From NCBI RefSeq assembly GCF_009914755.1, contig NC_060936.1: a stretch of 64,000 nucleotides of DNA; one strand, 5' to 3'. Position numbers and translations under genes: made by a program. A model generated the notes under the pieces. The model was not told the origin of the DNA and made no database searches. It saw nothing but the letters and a program-made list of their open reading frames with translations. The stretch comes from the human T2T-CHM13v2.0 reference genome, Homo sapiens. Below are positions 51,270 to 64,000 of this stretch, one piece after another; the first letter of the stretch is position 1, and each line of letters starts with the position of its first letter.

Positions 51270-52066
51270 TGACTTGCCCTCTCCCCTTTTCCTTCTCCCT
51301 CCCCCAGTCTCTCTTCATAAATGCTACCACAGTCCATACAACATAAGCCTTGCCAACTTCTCTGCCCCACTCTGATCTTCAGTGCTGGGTCCCTGGCCCT
51401 ATTATAATGATTTCCTCTTAACCACCCCAGATACCAGAGCCCCCTTCTTAGTGTACCCTGGATATCTCTAACACAAGACCCATGCCCACTTCAGGACTGG
51501 CAAGATAGCATGCAAAGAATGGGAAAGAGGGCTTATGTACTTTTTCTCTGGGAAAATATGGGAATAATCACATCTAAGTGTATCTAAGCCACTTCTTCCA
51601 CTGGAGTAGTGGTTCTCAATATTAAGTATATATCAGAATTGTTTGGGTTGCTTATTAAACATGCAAACTCCTGGGCCCCTCTCTCAGAGGAGATTCATAT
51701 CTGGGTAGAGGCCAGGAATATGCAGGTTTAACAGGCTCCCCCAGTGGATTCTGATGCAGGTGATCCAAGGAACACACTTGGGAAGTGCTGCTCTGGAAGG
51801 TCTCTCATTCATTGTATAATAATGATATCTGAGATGGGGGACAGCAGCTTTATTTATTGATCTGTGATCAAGAATTTTGCTTCCATGTATGTGGTAGCCA
51901 GCTGTGCTGGCATTCCTTGGGAGAGGGGTGTGTGTTGTGTTGTCTTAGGCAGATATCCTGATCCCTGGATGACAAGGGCTTAGAGCCCTTGCCCTCCTTT
52001 ACTAACCTCCTCCCTGTTCCCCTGCTGGGTTTCTGTCCTCATTTTTCCCTGCTTCCTCCTGTATAG

Positions 52067-52216
52067 AGTGGTTCGCACACAGTGGCTGTGATGAACGTGG
52101 GGGCTCCGGCTGCAGGCATGAATGCTGCTGTTCGCTCCACTGTGAGGATTGGCCTTATCCAGGGCAACCGAGTGCTCGTTGTCCATGATGGTTTCGAGGG
52201 CCTGGCCAAGGGGCAG
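52067..52216 (+). CDS. PFKM: PFKM core coding exon 13
   Basis: [50 protein letters not shown], start of the duplicated regulatory half. Confidence 0.98.
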
Positions 52217-52622
52217 GTATGGGGACTATTCTGGGACCTAGGAGCAGTCATGGGGAAGATAAGTGTAGCAAGAATGACCTGTCCATTCTCTTGGCTTCCT
52301 CTGTTCCTCACTACCTCTCTCTCCTCTCTCAGGGTCCAGGCAGAAGTAGATATTTAATACTAGGGCAGTAGGAACAGCAGGAATTACTGCAGTGAACCAT
52401 TGCAAACAACATGTCTTATTTAATTCTCTGTCCCAAAGCTCAGCACAGTGCCTGGCATAGGTAGATGCTTAATATTTGTGAATGAGCAGTAAGGGTAGAA
52501 GAAGTTGAGTGCGTGGGGAAAAGCTAATACCTGGTGTACCTTTTCCAACCAAGGGGGATCCAGGGGTAGGGTTAGAACTCAAGCAGTGGCACCAGTCCCA
52601 CACAGGCCTCCTAGTGCTTTAG

Positions 52623-52727
<105 letters not shown>

Positions 52728-53076
52728 TAAGTAGCACTGCAGAGGCACCTCCTCCCAGTCACCTCTTAAAGTTGCCCTTGGATGTGGGTTCATTATGCCA
52801 TGGTCTGCTTCAACCACCCTGTTGTCTGGGTCCTCCACCCTCAACCTCACAGTTGCTGCCATGAGGGCAGACATGCCCATCTCAACATCTTTAGCAGCTC
52901 TGGCAACTTAGAGCTCCAGTATGTATCCTTGGATAGGACTGAGAGGGTGGGCTAGGGAGGGCGGCACAGGTCAAGAAATTAAAAATAAAGTGCCTCTAAC
53001 TCTAGCTTTTCTCCCCCTCAATTTTCCTGTCTCTTCCCCAAATTCCAATTCCCCTTCCCCTCCCCGCCATCACTGA

Positions 53077-53979
<903 letters not shown>

Positions 53980-54090
53980 CTAAATGCAAGAACTTGATGA
54001 GCTCTAAGGGCCCTGCTAGCCTATGGAGAATATAGTTCCAGGGTTTAATTAATGGCAAAGATTAAAGAGTGATAAGAATCAGGCCCCTGA

Positions 54091-54318
<228 letters not shown>

Positions 54319-55076
54319 TAGCTCTCCCCTGTCTCCAGACTGTTTCCACAGTGATCTGAACTATGAGAGCTCAAGTTGAGGACCGAGCTGATTGGTCTGT
54401 AGAATCCTGTGAAGACCAGAAAGAGCACTATGCAGGCATTCTCTGGTGTCACCTCATATGCATGACCGCAGCTACTGTTGTTGGAATGCTGATTTTGAGT
54501 CAGGCGACCTGGTGCTAAGCCCTTTATGGGCATTTTTGCATTTTATCTTCACAATAGACATGCAAAGAAGATACTATCTCCATATAACATAGAAAGTTTA
54601 GAGAGGTTAAAAAACTTTTCTAAACTCCTAAGTGAGCAGATGGTTTAAGTGGTTGAGAAAGTCAGTGATCTTTTTACTACATCATGTCTCCCCTTCAGAT
54701 TTCCCTTGCTGTCATTCTGCTTTTGAGAGAGATACTCTCTCAAAACAGAGATATAAAGTGTCAACACTGACACTGTGACCACAAGTCAGCCCTCTGAGGC
54801 AAGGGGAACCAGAAAGGCTTGGAAAGGGAGATTGGAGAGGGTGAGGGGCTGAACACTGACAGTTACTGCAGCTGTCTGTAGTGCTCCCTCTTCCAGTTCT
54901 GTCTCATTTGGAGTCATTGTTTAAATTTCAGTCCACACTGAGCTTCTTACAGGAATTAGGCACAGTTCAGGCCCAGGATTGTAAACAACTCTCTTCCATG
55001 TGTCTCTTCCTTCCTGGAGAGGTGTGGTGTGGAAGATGATTTATACCCAACCTTATCCATTCCCAGTTAGGCTTAG

Positions 55077-55199
<123 letters not shown>

Positions 55200-55307
55200 T
55201 AAGCTTTGGCTCAAACCCATAGAATGGCCATTGTTGGGACACCCTGAGGAATCTGTAGATATAAAGGGAGGGGGCCAGCCTATCCCTTGAATCCTTGGAG
55301 GAGATAA

Positions 55308-55517
<210 letters not shown>

Positions 55518-55734
55518 TAGTCATGCCCTTCATCAGACAGCCATACCTGCCAACAGCCATACCTGCCAACAGCCACTGAGGCTTCCACTGGCCTTTTCCA
55601 GTCTTCTGGAGGAGCCTGTCAGTGCCATCATAGAGCATGGGCCTGCAGTCTCTTACAGTCATAGAATCAAAACATCTTTATCCTGGAAATGACTTTAGAG
55701 ATTATATGGTCTATCCTTTTCAAAAGCCCTCATG

Positions 55735-55905
55735 GGAGGGCTTTTCAACCTTGGCAGCTTTGCCTTTTGGGGCTGGATGATAATTTGTCATGGGTGGCTG
55801 TTCTATGCACTGTAGGACAGTTGCACAGCATCCCTGGTCTCTACCCACTAGATGCCAGTAGCACCTCCCTCTCACTCCCAATTGTAACAAAAATGTCTCC
55901 AAACA
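55735..55905. mobile_element. MER20-like hAT element
   Basis: gcatccctggtctctacccactagatgccagtagcacc motif. Confidence 0.7.
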
Positions 55906-56354
55906 TTCCCACTTTCCCACCTGCTTCCTCTTAATTCAAAGGAAATCTGTATGATGTTTTATATTAATTCTGAGGTGCTACCAAGGGCAGCCAGATTGGG
56001 CCACAAAAAAAACACTTTTATGTCATCATTGACAGTGATCAACAAAAGCTGCTGGGCTGAAGAGGGGCAGGCAGCTGACCCATTGGCCAATAAAACTAAA
56101 ACAGGATCTGGCAGCTGTGGAGCTAAAAGAGGGGATTGTGGGGCCAATCATCTTTAATTAGTTGTTATTATATCTGATACATGGCCAAATTTGCTGGGCC
56201 AGCTTGCCTTGGATCCTGGCACTGCCTCAGGGCACCCTTTCATAGTTTGACTTCTGGATTCCTGTTTTGGGCTGTAAGCCTGGGGCCCATCTTTCTTTTT
56301 TTCTCTGTGTGTCTAGATATCTCTGCCACTTCATTAGAGTCCTTCCCTCTGTAA

Positions 56355-56661
<307 letters not shown>

Positions 56662-56873
56662 TGAGTACATCTGCTTCCTGGAGTGGTTCTTTTCCCTGGT
56701 AGTTTCAAGCTCTACTGTCCTCAACCTGTTCACTGTCTTTAATTCTTTTTTTTTTTTAAGGAGTAACACCTGTATTCTTACCCATTTCAGATGTGATGCA
56801 CATGTCCTAAATCTAACCTCTTCTGTCTAACTTCTTCCTATAAACCTTTGGTAGAAGTTGATTGGGGTGCTAA

Positions 56874-57053
<180 letters not shown>

Positions 57054-57425
57054 ACCTCTCTGGAGTGAGGGGAATAGATTACCTGATCATGGTCAGCTCA
57101 CACCCTAATAAGTCCACATCTTCTCAGTGTTTTAGCTGTTTTTTTCATTAGGTTTCCTTTTATTCTGTACCTTGCAGCCATGACCAGTTCTGGCCAGGAG
57201 CTGGAGGAGCAGGCAGTGGGTGGGAGCTCCTTTTAGGTAGAATTTAACATGACTTCTGCCCCAGCTTTATCTGTCACACAAGGCTGGGCACCTCTAGTGC
57301 TACTGCTAGATATCACTTACTCAGTTAGAATTTTCCTAAAAATAAGCTTTATTTATTTCTTTGTGATAACAAAGAGTCTTGGTTCCTCTACTACTTTTAC
57401 TACAGTGACAAATTGTAACTACACT

Positions 57426-57431
57426 AATAAA
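57426..57431 (+). terminator. PFKM: PFKM proximal polyadenylation signal
   Basis: AATAAA followed by a U/GU-rich downstream element (tgtgcttttgcttct). Confidence 0.75.
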
Positions 57432-57729
57432 TGCCAACTGGTCACTGTGCTTTTGCTTCTCCTGTTATCATCTTCCTAAGTGGAATGTAATACTGTCAGC
57501 CCCATGTATCAGACACTTGTCTGATGAAGCAGTAAAGACGTTAAGGGTATCACAGGGGGTGGAGGAAGGGATTATCTCTAGTACACTACTTGCTGGCTGT
57601 CTGAAAAATTGTCACTGCCAAACTCTAAAAACAGTTCTAAATAGTGACTGAGAAGGTTTGTTGCTGGAGTCAGGGAATAAGGCAGCCAAATACTCTTTGC
57701 ACAGTTCTTTAGTGGGAAGAGAAATTAAC

Positions 57730-57735
57730 AATAAA
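57730..57735 (+). terminator. PFKM: PFKM candidate distal polyadenylation signal
   Basis: Second AATAAA about 300 nt downstream of the first. Confidence 0.5.
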
Positions 57736-58439
57736 TATCAAGCACTGTGGTAGGCATTTCATCATTGAATCCTCATAGTAGCTTTTGGAGGGCAATGGTG
57801 ACAGCCTGACTTCAGAAAGGAGGACACTGGAGCTCAAGGTGATTGATTACATAATGTCTCCTTCAATATTATTCAAGTAGAACTCAAACTCAGTTCTGAC
57901 TTCAAACCTCATCCTCATTCCCCATTCCTGCTTCCTTATCATGCCATATCAAATCCCCAGAGCCATAAGGCCTATGAAAACAAAGTGAAAGGGAAGGTTC
58001 AGGCATTCATTCAGAACATTTTAAATGCTAATTGCCATTGATTTATAGGTTCTCTGTCTCTTTCCTGTCTTTAATCTTAGAGCTGTTTCCTCAAGAAAAT
58101 GAAGAGGGAAGGATGGCTCAGGGAAAGTTAATCAGAGGGAAAATGTCACTCTGTAAAGAGTAAAAAATTTAGGATGATGATACGATCTGGGAAAAAAAGG
58201 CATAGTGAAGACCACTTAAAAACAAACAAAAAAAACCTATGAAGGTGCATGCTATTTCCCCAGAGCTAAAAAGATAAGTGAAATTGTGTTTGAACTCTTA
58301 AGTGGAGGTGAAGCAGAATTTATTAGCCACCAACCACATAAGTGATTATGAAGTAACTGAGAAACAGGTAACATTTTTTCCCACATGGACAAAACTTTCT
58401 CTTTCTAGAATATTAAGTATCTATGATGAGAAATGAAGT

Positions 58440-58910
58440 AGCATCTCAAGCAGTTTATAAATCTACCAGAATATTAGAATCACCTGGGACCTTTGAACGT
58501 ACTCATGCCCAGGTCTACTTTATTCATTTATTTTTTTGTAGAGATGGGGACTTCAACTCCTGGTCTCAAATGATCCTCCCACCTCGGCCTCCTAAAGTGT
58601 GAGGATTACAGGCGTGAGCCACTGTGGCCAGCCCTACTAGGTCTGCTTTGGACCAATTAAATCAATCTCTGGGGGTGGAGCCTGGGCTTTAGTATTTTTA
58701 AAAATTTTCCTAGGTGGTTCTAATTAATAACTAGGATTGAGAACCACTGACTAACACAGTGGAATCTCATTCCTGGCTATATTTGAAGCACTGAAGCCCC
58801 CAGTCCTACCCCAGAAAATTCCAAAGAATTGGTATGAGGTGAAATCTTGGCACCAGTGTTTTTAAAAAGCTTCCTTAGTGATTTTATGTGCAGCTGGAGT
58901 TGAGAACATA
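58440..58910. mobile_element. MER5-like elements with an inserted FLAM (about 58525-58632) between PFKM and ASB8
   Basis: attagaatcacctggg and ttgagaaccactg MER5 motifs; antisense Alu monomer. Confidence 0.6.
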
Positions 58911-59148
58911 AAAGCAGTAATTCCAAATTTGGGGTGGGAGAAGGTATAAAGGAAGGGGAAGCTCTTCAGATACTCTGCCCAAGCCCTCCTGTTCACTCCA
59001 GCAATGCCCAGAATCACTGCTGCTAATGGGAGAAAGGTTGGGATGGAAAGTTACATAGAACAGCCAGGCAGTAAACGAAGAACTTTTTCTAAGGGGGGTT
59101 GGAGAAAAGTAGGAAAAGTAGAAATTGCCAAACTTGCTTTTAGAACTA

Positions 59149-59154
59149 TTTATT
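59149..59154 (-). terminator. ASB8: ASB8 polyadenylation signal
   Basis: Minus-strand AATAAA (tttatt) followed by a U-rich tract; implies a 3' UTR of about 1.6 kb. Confidence 0.6.
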
Positions 59155-59998
59155 CTTTTTTTTTAAGTGATGTTTTTTAAACACCAGCATCAATAGGACA
59201 GAAGAAGACATCTGTTTTCCAATTAGCTGTGTCAGTAGATTCCATTCATTGTTTGTAGTTCCCAATCAGCTTTAAAAAAAAAAGTTTTTCAAATTTGCAT
59301 ACAAGTCATCTAAAATCAATAACAACTTGATCTAATTTAGAAAAATGAAAGAGTATCGTTCACTAAAGCAGATCTCTTTTGGGTAGATGGACCATCACAA
59401 AAGGAGCTCTTACATGCTTTTCCCACTCCCATCCCAAGTCCACCCTCCCACCAATTGTATTGTATAAATCAATAAAAAGCAAAGGTTCCAGAACAACTGA
59501 AAGAAAAATAATTCCAAACTAAGCAGAGTGAACTTTCCATTGGGAATGAAGACCCATGGGAAAAGGCAGCCCAGCCCATAACTCCTCCCTGCTGGAACAC
59601 ACACCGTAGGTGTAGGAACTGCCTGGGAATCCCATTAGAACACACTGTTTCTCAGGAAGAGAAAAAGCTGCATTACAAGAAAAGTTCTCAGGACTTTAGG
59701 AGTTCTTAGGACTGTTATTTCAGAGCTATTTATTACTGTTATTACAGAGCTCTTGTTATTTCAGAGCTACTGTAGCCCTTGGGCACAACCAACAGAAAGA
59801 GGCAAAGACTGCTGTTTCCTTTGATGAGGGGAAAGAGGTCCAGTCCCTTCCAAATGCCCCAGGACATGGCACAGTAGGGATGTCATCCAGCCCAGTTCTG
59901 GATCTGCACCATTTGAGGTTATAGTATCTTCATCTTTGGGACACAATTGCTGTTAGCTGAAATTGTGATTTTCTTAAGTTTTTTCACAGATCAATTAA

Positions 59999-60309
<311 letters not shown>

Positions 60310-60711
60310 TAAAATGCTTTCTAGAAGGGATTCTTCTGGACCGTTAACCACGTCCCCAAAGGAAAACCACACACACATTATTTAAATACTTTCCATCTTC
60401 CTAGAGAAATTTAGTTACACTGTTGACTCCTTCCCTAAAGGGGAGGATTGAGGGAGACCTCTTCTTTTGCAAAATGCAATATAAAAAGCCAGGTAAGCAA
60501 TAAACAGAAAACAAAAGTGAGGGATTTTTTTTGTTGGGTTGTTTGGTTTGGGAAGAGGAGGTGCTATGGAGGTTATTGTTGTGACATGTTGCTTCGAAAT
60601 CTATAAACCACACAACAGGAACAACTGTTTTTCTGTTTTCTGTGACAAGGAGTACTGCAGGGACAACCTCACCCAGAGCTGCCTGCACGATGGTGCAAAC
60701 ATCTTCTCCGG

Positions 60712-61344
60712 CTATTCTAAAAGTAACAGGTATTCCTTCAAAGAAGCTGGCAGTGGAAGGCCCTTCACTGCATCGGGGAGATACTGGAGTCCCAGGCTAC
60801 GGCGCACGGCATAGCGAGCGAGTGTTTTTAGAGTTCCTGGAGCTGAGCACAGAACAGTCAGTTTTTCACATAGCTGCGGGTCTCTGGCCACCTCTCGTGG
60901 CATGGTGCCATTTTTCCTCAATTCAAAGTGTCCAACAGCTCTGTGGAGGAGCTCAAAGCAAGAGTCCTCTTTCTCTGTTCCAAGTCCCCTGACTAGCAGA
61001 GCCACCAGGCGGGAGATGGGTGTCTGGCCTATTAGGTTGATGACTCTGACCTCTGCGCCATAATCCAGAAGGATGCTGACACTCTCAAGATTTCCCTTCA
61101 TGGCAGCCCAGCTGAGCGGTGTATCATTGTTGTAATCCAGGGCATTGACAGAGGCCCCGCTCTCTAGGAGAGCCCGCACACACTCAGCATTGTTCTTAAA
61201 GGCTGCCCAGTGAAGTGGGGTATCTCTGTTGCCATCCAAAGCATTGGGGTTTGCACCATACTCCAATAGGACCTCCACACAAGCCTCATCTTTCTCTGCT
61301 GCATAGTGGAGGGCTGTTCGGTTATACCCATCCAGGGCATTCAC
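60712..61344 (-). CDS. ASB8: ASB8 last coding exon (ankyrin repeats plus SOCS box)
   Basis: VNALDGYNRTALHYAA...TPLHWAA...TPLSWAA ankyrin repeats; C-terminal SOCS box PGTLKTLARYAVRRSLG...LPLPASLKEYLL; TAG at 60712-60714; acceptor at 61345-61346. Confidence 0.96.
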   Translation of the reverse strand: MNALDGYNRTALHYAAEKDEACVEVLLEYGANPNALDGNRDTPLHWAAFKNNAECVRALLESGASVNALDYNNDTPLSWAAMKGNLESVSILLDYGAEVRVINLIGQTPISRLVALLVRGLGTEKEDSCFELLHRAVGHFELRKNGTMPREVARDPQLCEKLTVLCSAPGTLKTLARYAVRRSLGLQYLPDAVKGLPLPASLKEYLLLLE

Positions 61345-62546
61345 CTGTAAAAAGGGAGGAACTATTACAGTAGACAGACTACTGAGAGGAAGACAGGACA
61401 GCAGCAAAGAAGCTTGCATGGTTACCCACTACCTTTGCTATGCAGTGCTCTGAACAGGAGGGTCAGCAAGCAACTCCCAGGGAGTCCTGGTGATAAAGAT
61501 GAAGATATGACAGGAGCTTAGGAGCAAAAAGGAAAAGAACTGTCCTCAAACAGTCAACACTATTATGTGCACTGACTAGCTGGTCTGCATTATTTTGGTT
61601 TTTGCTGCAATGTTCTTTTATCTATTCATTAGAATCTCTACCACAGAGTAAGGGGTAAGGCAGGAATAGAGGAAGTCTAAGTCCCCGTAACTGCTCTGAA
61701 ACATTACTGGAAAGCTGCTTGACTATACAGAGTTTTGGATTATTTTACTTACCCTGACCCTTTCTGTACCCTGTGGCTAATGTAGCAACCAAACTGAAAA
61801 ACATAGCTTTTGCTAAGTTCTTTAACCATACAGAGAAATTCAAAATGTTAGAATATAAGTCAGACCTTTGCAAAAATATGCTGTGGGTTCACAAGAGAAC
61901 CCAAATGAAAGCATGTGATAGGAAGAGCACAAATCTCCCAGTGCTGGAAAAGCAGCTGGCTTGCTGACAGTCAGCATCACCTGTAGTTTTTTTCTTCAAA
62001 TTTCCAAATAGCATATACCCTCATTAATGAAAGACAAAAACAAAAAAAAACCCTGAAACATTTAAGTAAATTCAACCTTTTATTTGGCTAAAACCTATCT
62101 TAAGTACCACTTCTTAAGTACTTTAAGTACTTTTAAGGGTACTTTAGATTTAATCAGAGTTGAGGGATCTCTGCATTTATATCTCCTGGATAGACAATAA
62201 GCAATGAGAAGATTAAACGGAAATATAAACAGCCCCTACAAGGTAAGCTTCCTGAAGTGATGGCCAGTGACAGCTTAAGTTAAGGAGAAGAAAGAAAGGC
62301 AGAGTATCAGCACCATACAATGGGGGCAAGCAGGGTGGGGACAGAAAGGTAAAAGAATGAAATCCTTAGATCATTTTATATATTTACCATTACATTTTCC
62401 TTAATATTGGCTATGCCAACATTACCTTGAGTTAGAAGTTCAGACTGGAGGAGGGAAGAGATGGAGGAGTGATGGGGAGAAATTCTAAGAAAACATGAAG
62501 CTCAAGTTTTAGTGAGTCATTAATGTGAATGTGTTAAAAACATTAC

Positions 62547-62651
62547 CTCGGCTCCTTTTTCCAGAAGTAACTCCACACAGTCAGCATCTGACACCATACA
62601 GGCACAGTGCAAGGGCTTCAGTGTGCCATGAGTGCAGTTCACATCTGCTCC
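62547..62651 (-). CDS. ASB8: ASB8 penultimate coding exon
   Basis: GADVNCTHGTLKPLHCACMVSDADCVELLLEKGAE, an ankyrin repeat; 105 nt; AG/GT boundaries. The gene continues beyond the window end. Confidence 0.95.
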
Positions 62652-63208
62652 CTGTGGGCAGAAGACAACTTCAGTCAGTGTGTTCAGCTCTGGCTTGCCC
62701 AGCAGGACAGAATTCAGAACTGAGTCCAGGGGACAGAGAGTTCTAACTCTCACTATTTTATAGATACAGTGCTAGTTCCTGTTTCCTTTTCTATTAATAT
62801 TATGTCAATGTCCAAACCAAAGGAGTACACTGAAGATGAAGGAAAGGAACTGTTAATTCCTTAGATCAAGTTACTAAGTTTCTCCACAAGGGAGGCTGCC
62901 AGATGGTCACCTGGACATCACTGAAGACAATCTTATGTATCAAAGCACTGGAAACCTTATCATCAGGCAGGAAAGCTGGACCAGCAATCCACTTTCTATG
63001 GCCACCATGCTCTGGAAAAGTAGGAAAGTGAGTCTGTCAGACTGAGGCCAGAAATGGCATGCTCTTTTGTCCATTCAACAAATGACCATCATTAATAGTG
63101 GCATCATCTTAACACGGTTTTTCCTTTTTTATAAACATCTTCAAAGTAGCCTCTTAGTATCAGTATTCTTTACCATCTAGCCTTTGCTGGTGCTTCTATT
63201 CAAAATCA

Positions 63209-63582
<374 letters not shown>

Positions 63583-64000
63583 TTACAAGGTTTCTACCGC
63601 GGAGTCTCCTGACACTACTTTTGCTGACAATAAGCTAACACTGCATGACTTTTCCTTCTTCAGTTGTGTCCAATAACTCTGAAGCAGCTACAGAGATCTA
63701 GGCTGTAAATGACGAGCCTGAAGTCTTAGAATATACACAAGTAACCATCTGGATGCATTTTCTGGTGATCAAAAACTGTGTAACTTCTCTTCAACAAGAA
63801 AAATAAATAGAAGAGGATAGTAAAGACCTTCTAGGATACTAGTCACATAACAATTATTGAAGGGCCATGATTAAACATCCGATGGTTAAGGTGTTTTCTT
63901 AAACTATAATTACCATGCATTTTAGAGGTTGATATCCTCTACAGAGCTAGAAGTGGTAGCTGCTTTTAACATAGAATGTAAGTAAAAAATCTCTCCATGT

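Noticed and set aside
61345-61419. N-terminal part of ORF 60712..61419 (MQASLLLS...) as a signal-peptide-like ASB8 start
   Set aside because: It is intronic polypyrimidine sequence upstream of the AG acceptor; the real frame comes from the 62547-62651 exon.

Overview
Human (primate) genomic DNA matching the SENP1-PFKM-ASB8 locus on chromosome 12q13. The 5' part of SENP1 lies on the minus strand (non-coding exon 1 at ~17367-17470 and four coding exons down to position 156). It shares a CpG-island bidirectional promoter with the most distal first exon of PFKM, and the two first exons overlap. The complete muscle phosphofructokinase gene PFKM lies on the plus strand: 22 core coding exons (34117-57053; 2343 nt, 780 aa), in-frame N-terminal-extension exons at 18717, 19415 and 29825, and at least three promoters. 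The intron after core coding exon 3 ends in the mirtron MIR6505. The last two coding exons and 3' UTR of ASB8 converge from the minus strand. Introns are rich in Alu, L1, L2, MIR and MER elements and hold a 3'-truncated HERV-H provirus (LTR7B-like LTR, Phe-like PBS) pointing towards SENP1. The most notable sequence-level observations are: a candidate PFKM poison exon whose perfect 5' splice site is locked in a 14-bp hairpin by a U1-snRNA-like arm; a single CATG palindrome that supplies upstream AUGs to both overlapping genes; promoter-specific overlapping uORFs; exon junctions that regenerate 5' splice sites; and a possible LTR7-driven SENP1 chimeric transcript. Gene names and isoform knowledge come from recall, not a database search, and repeat boundaries are approximate.
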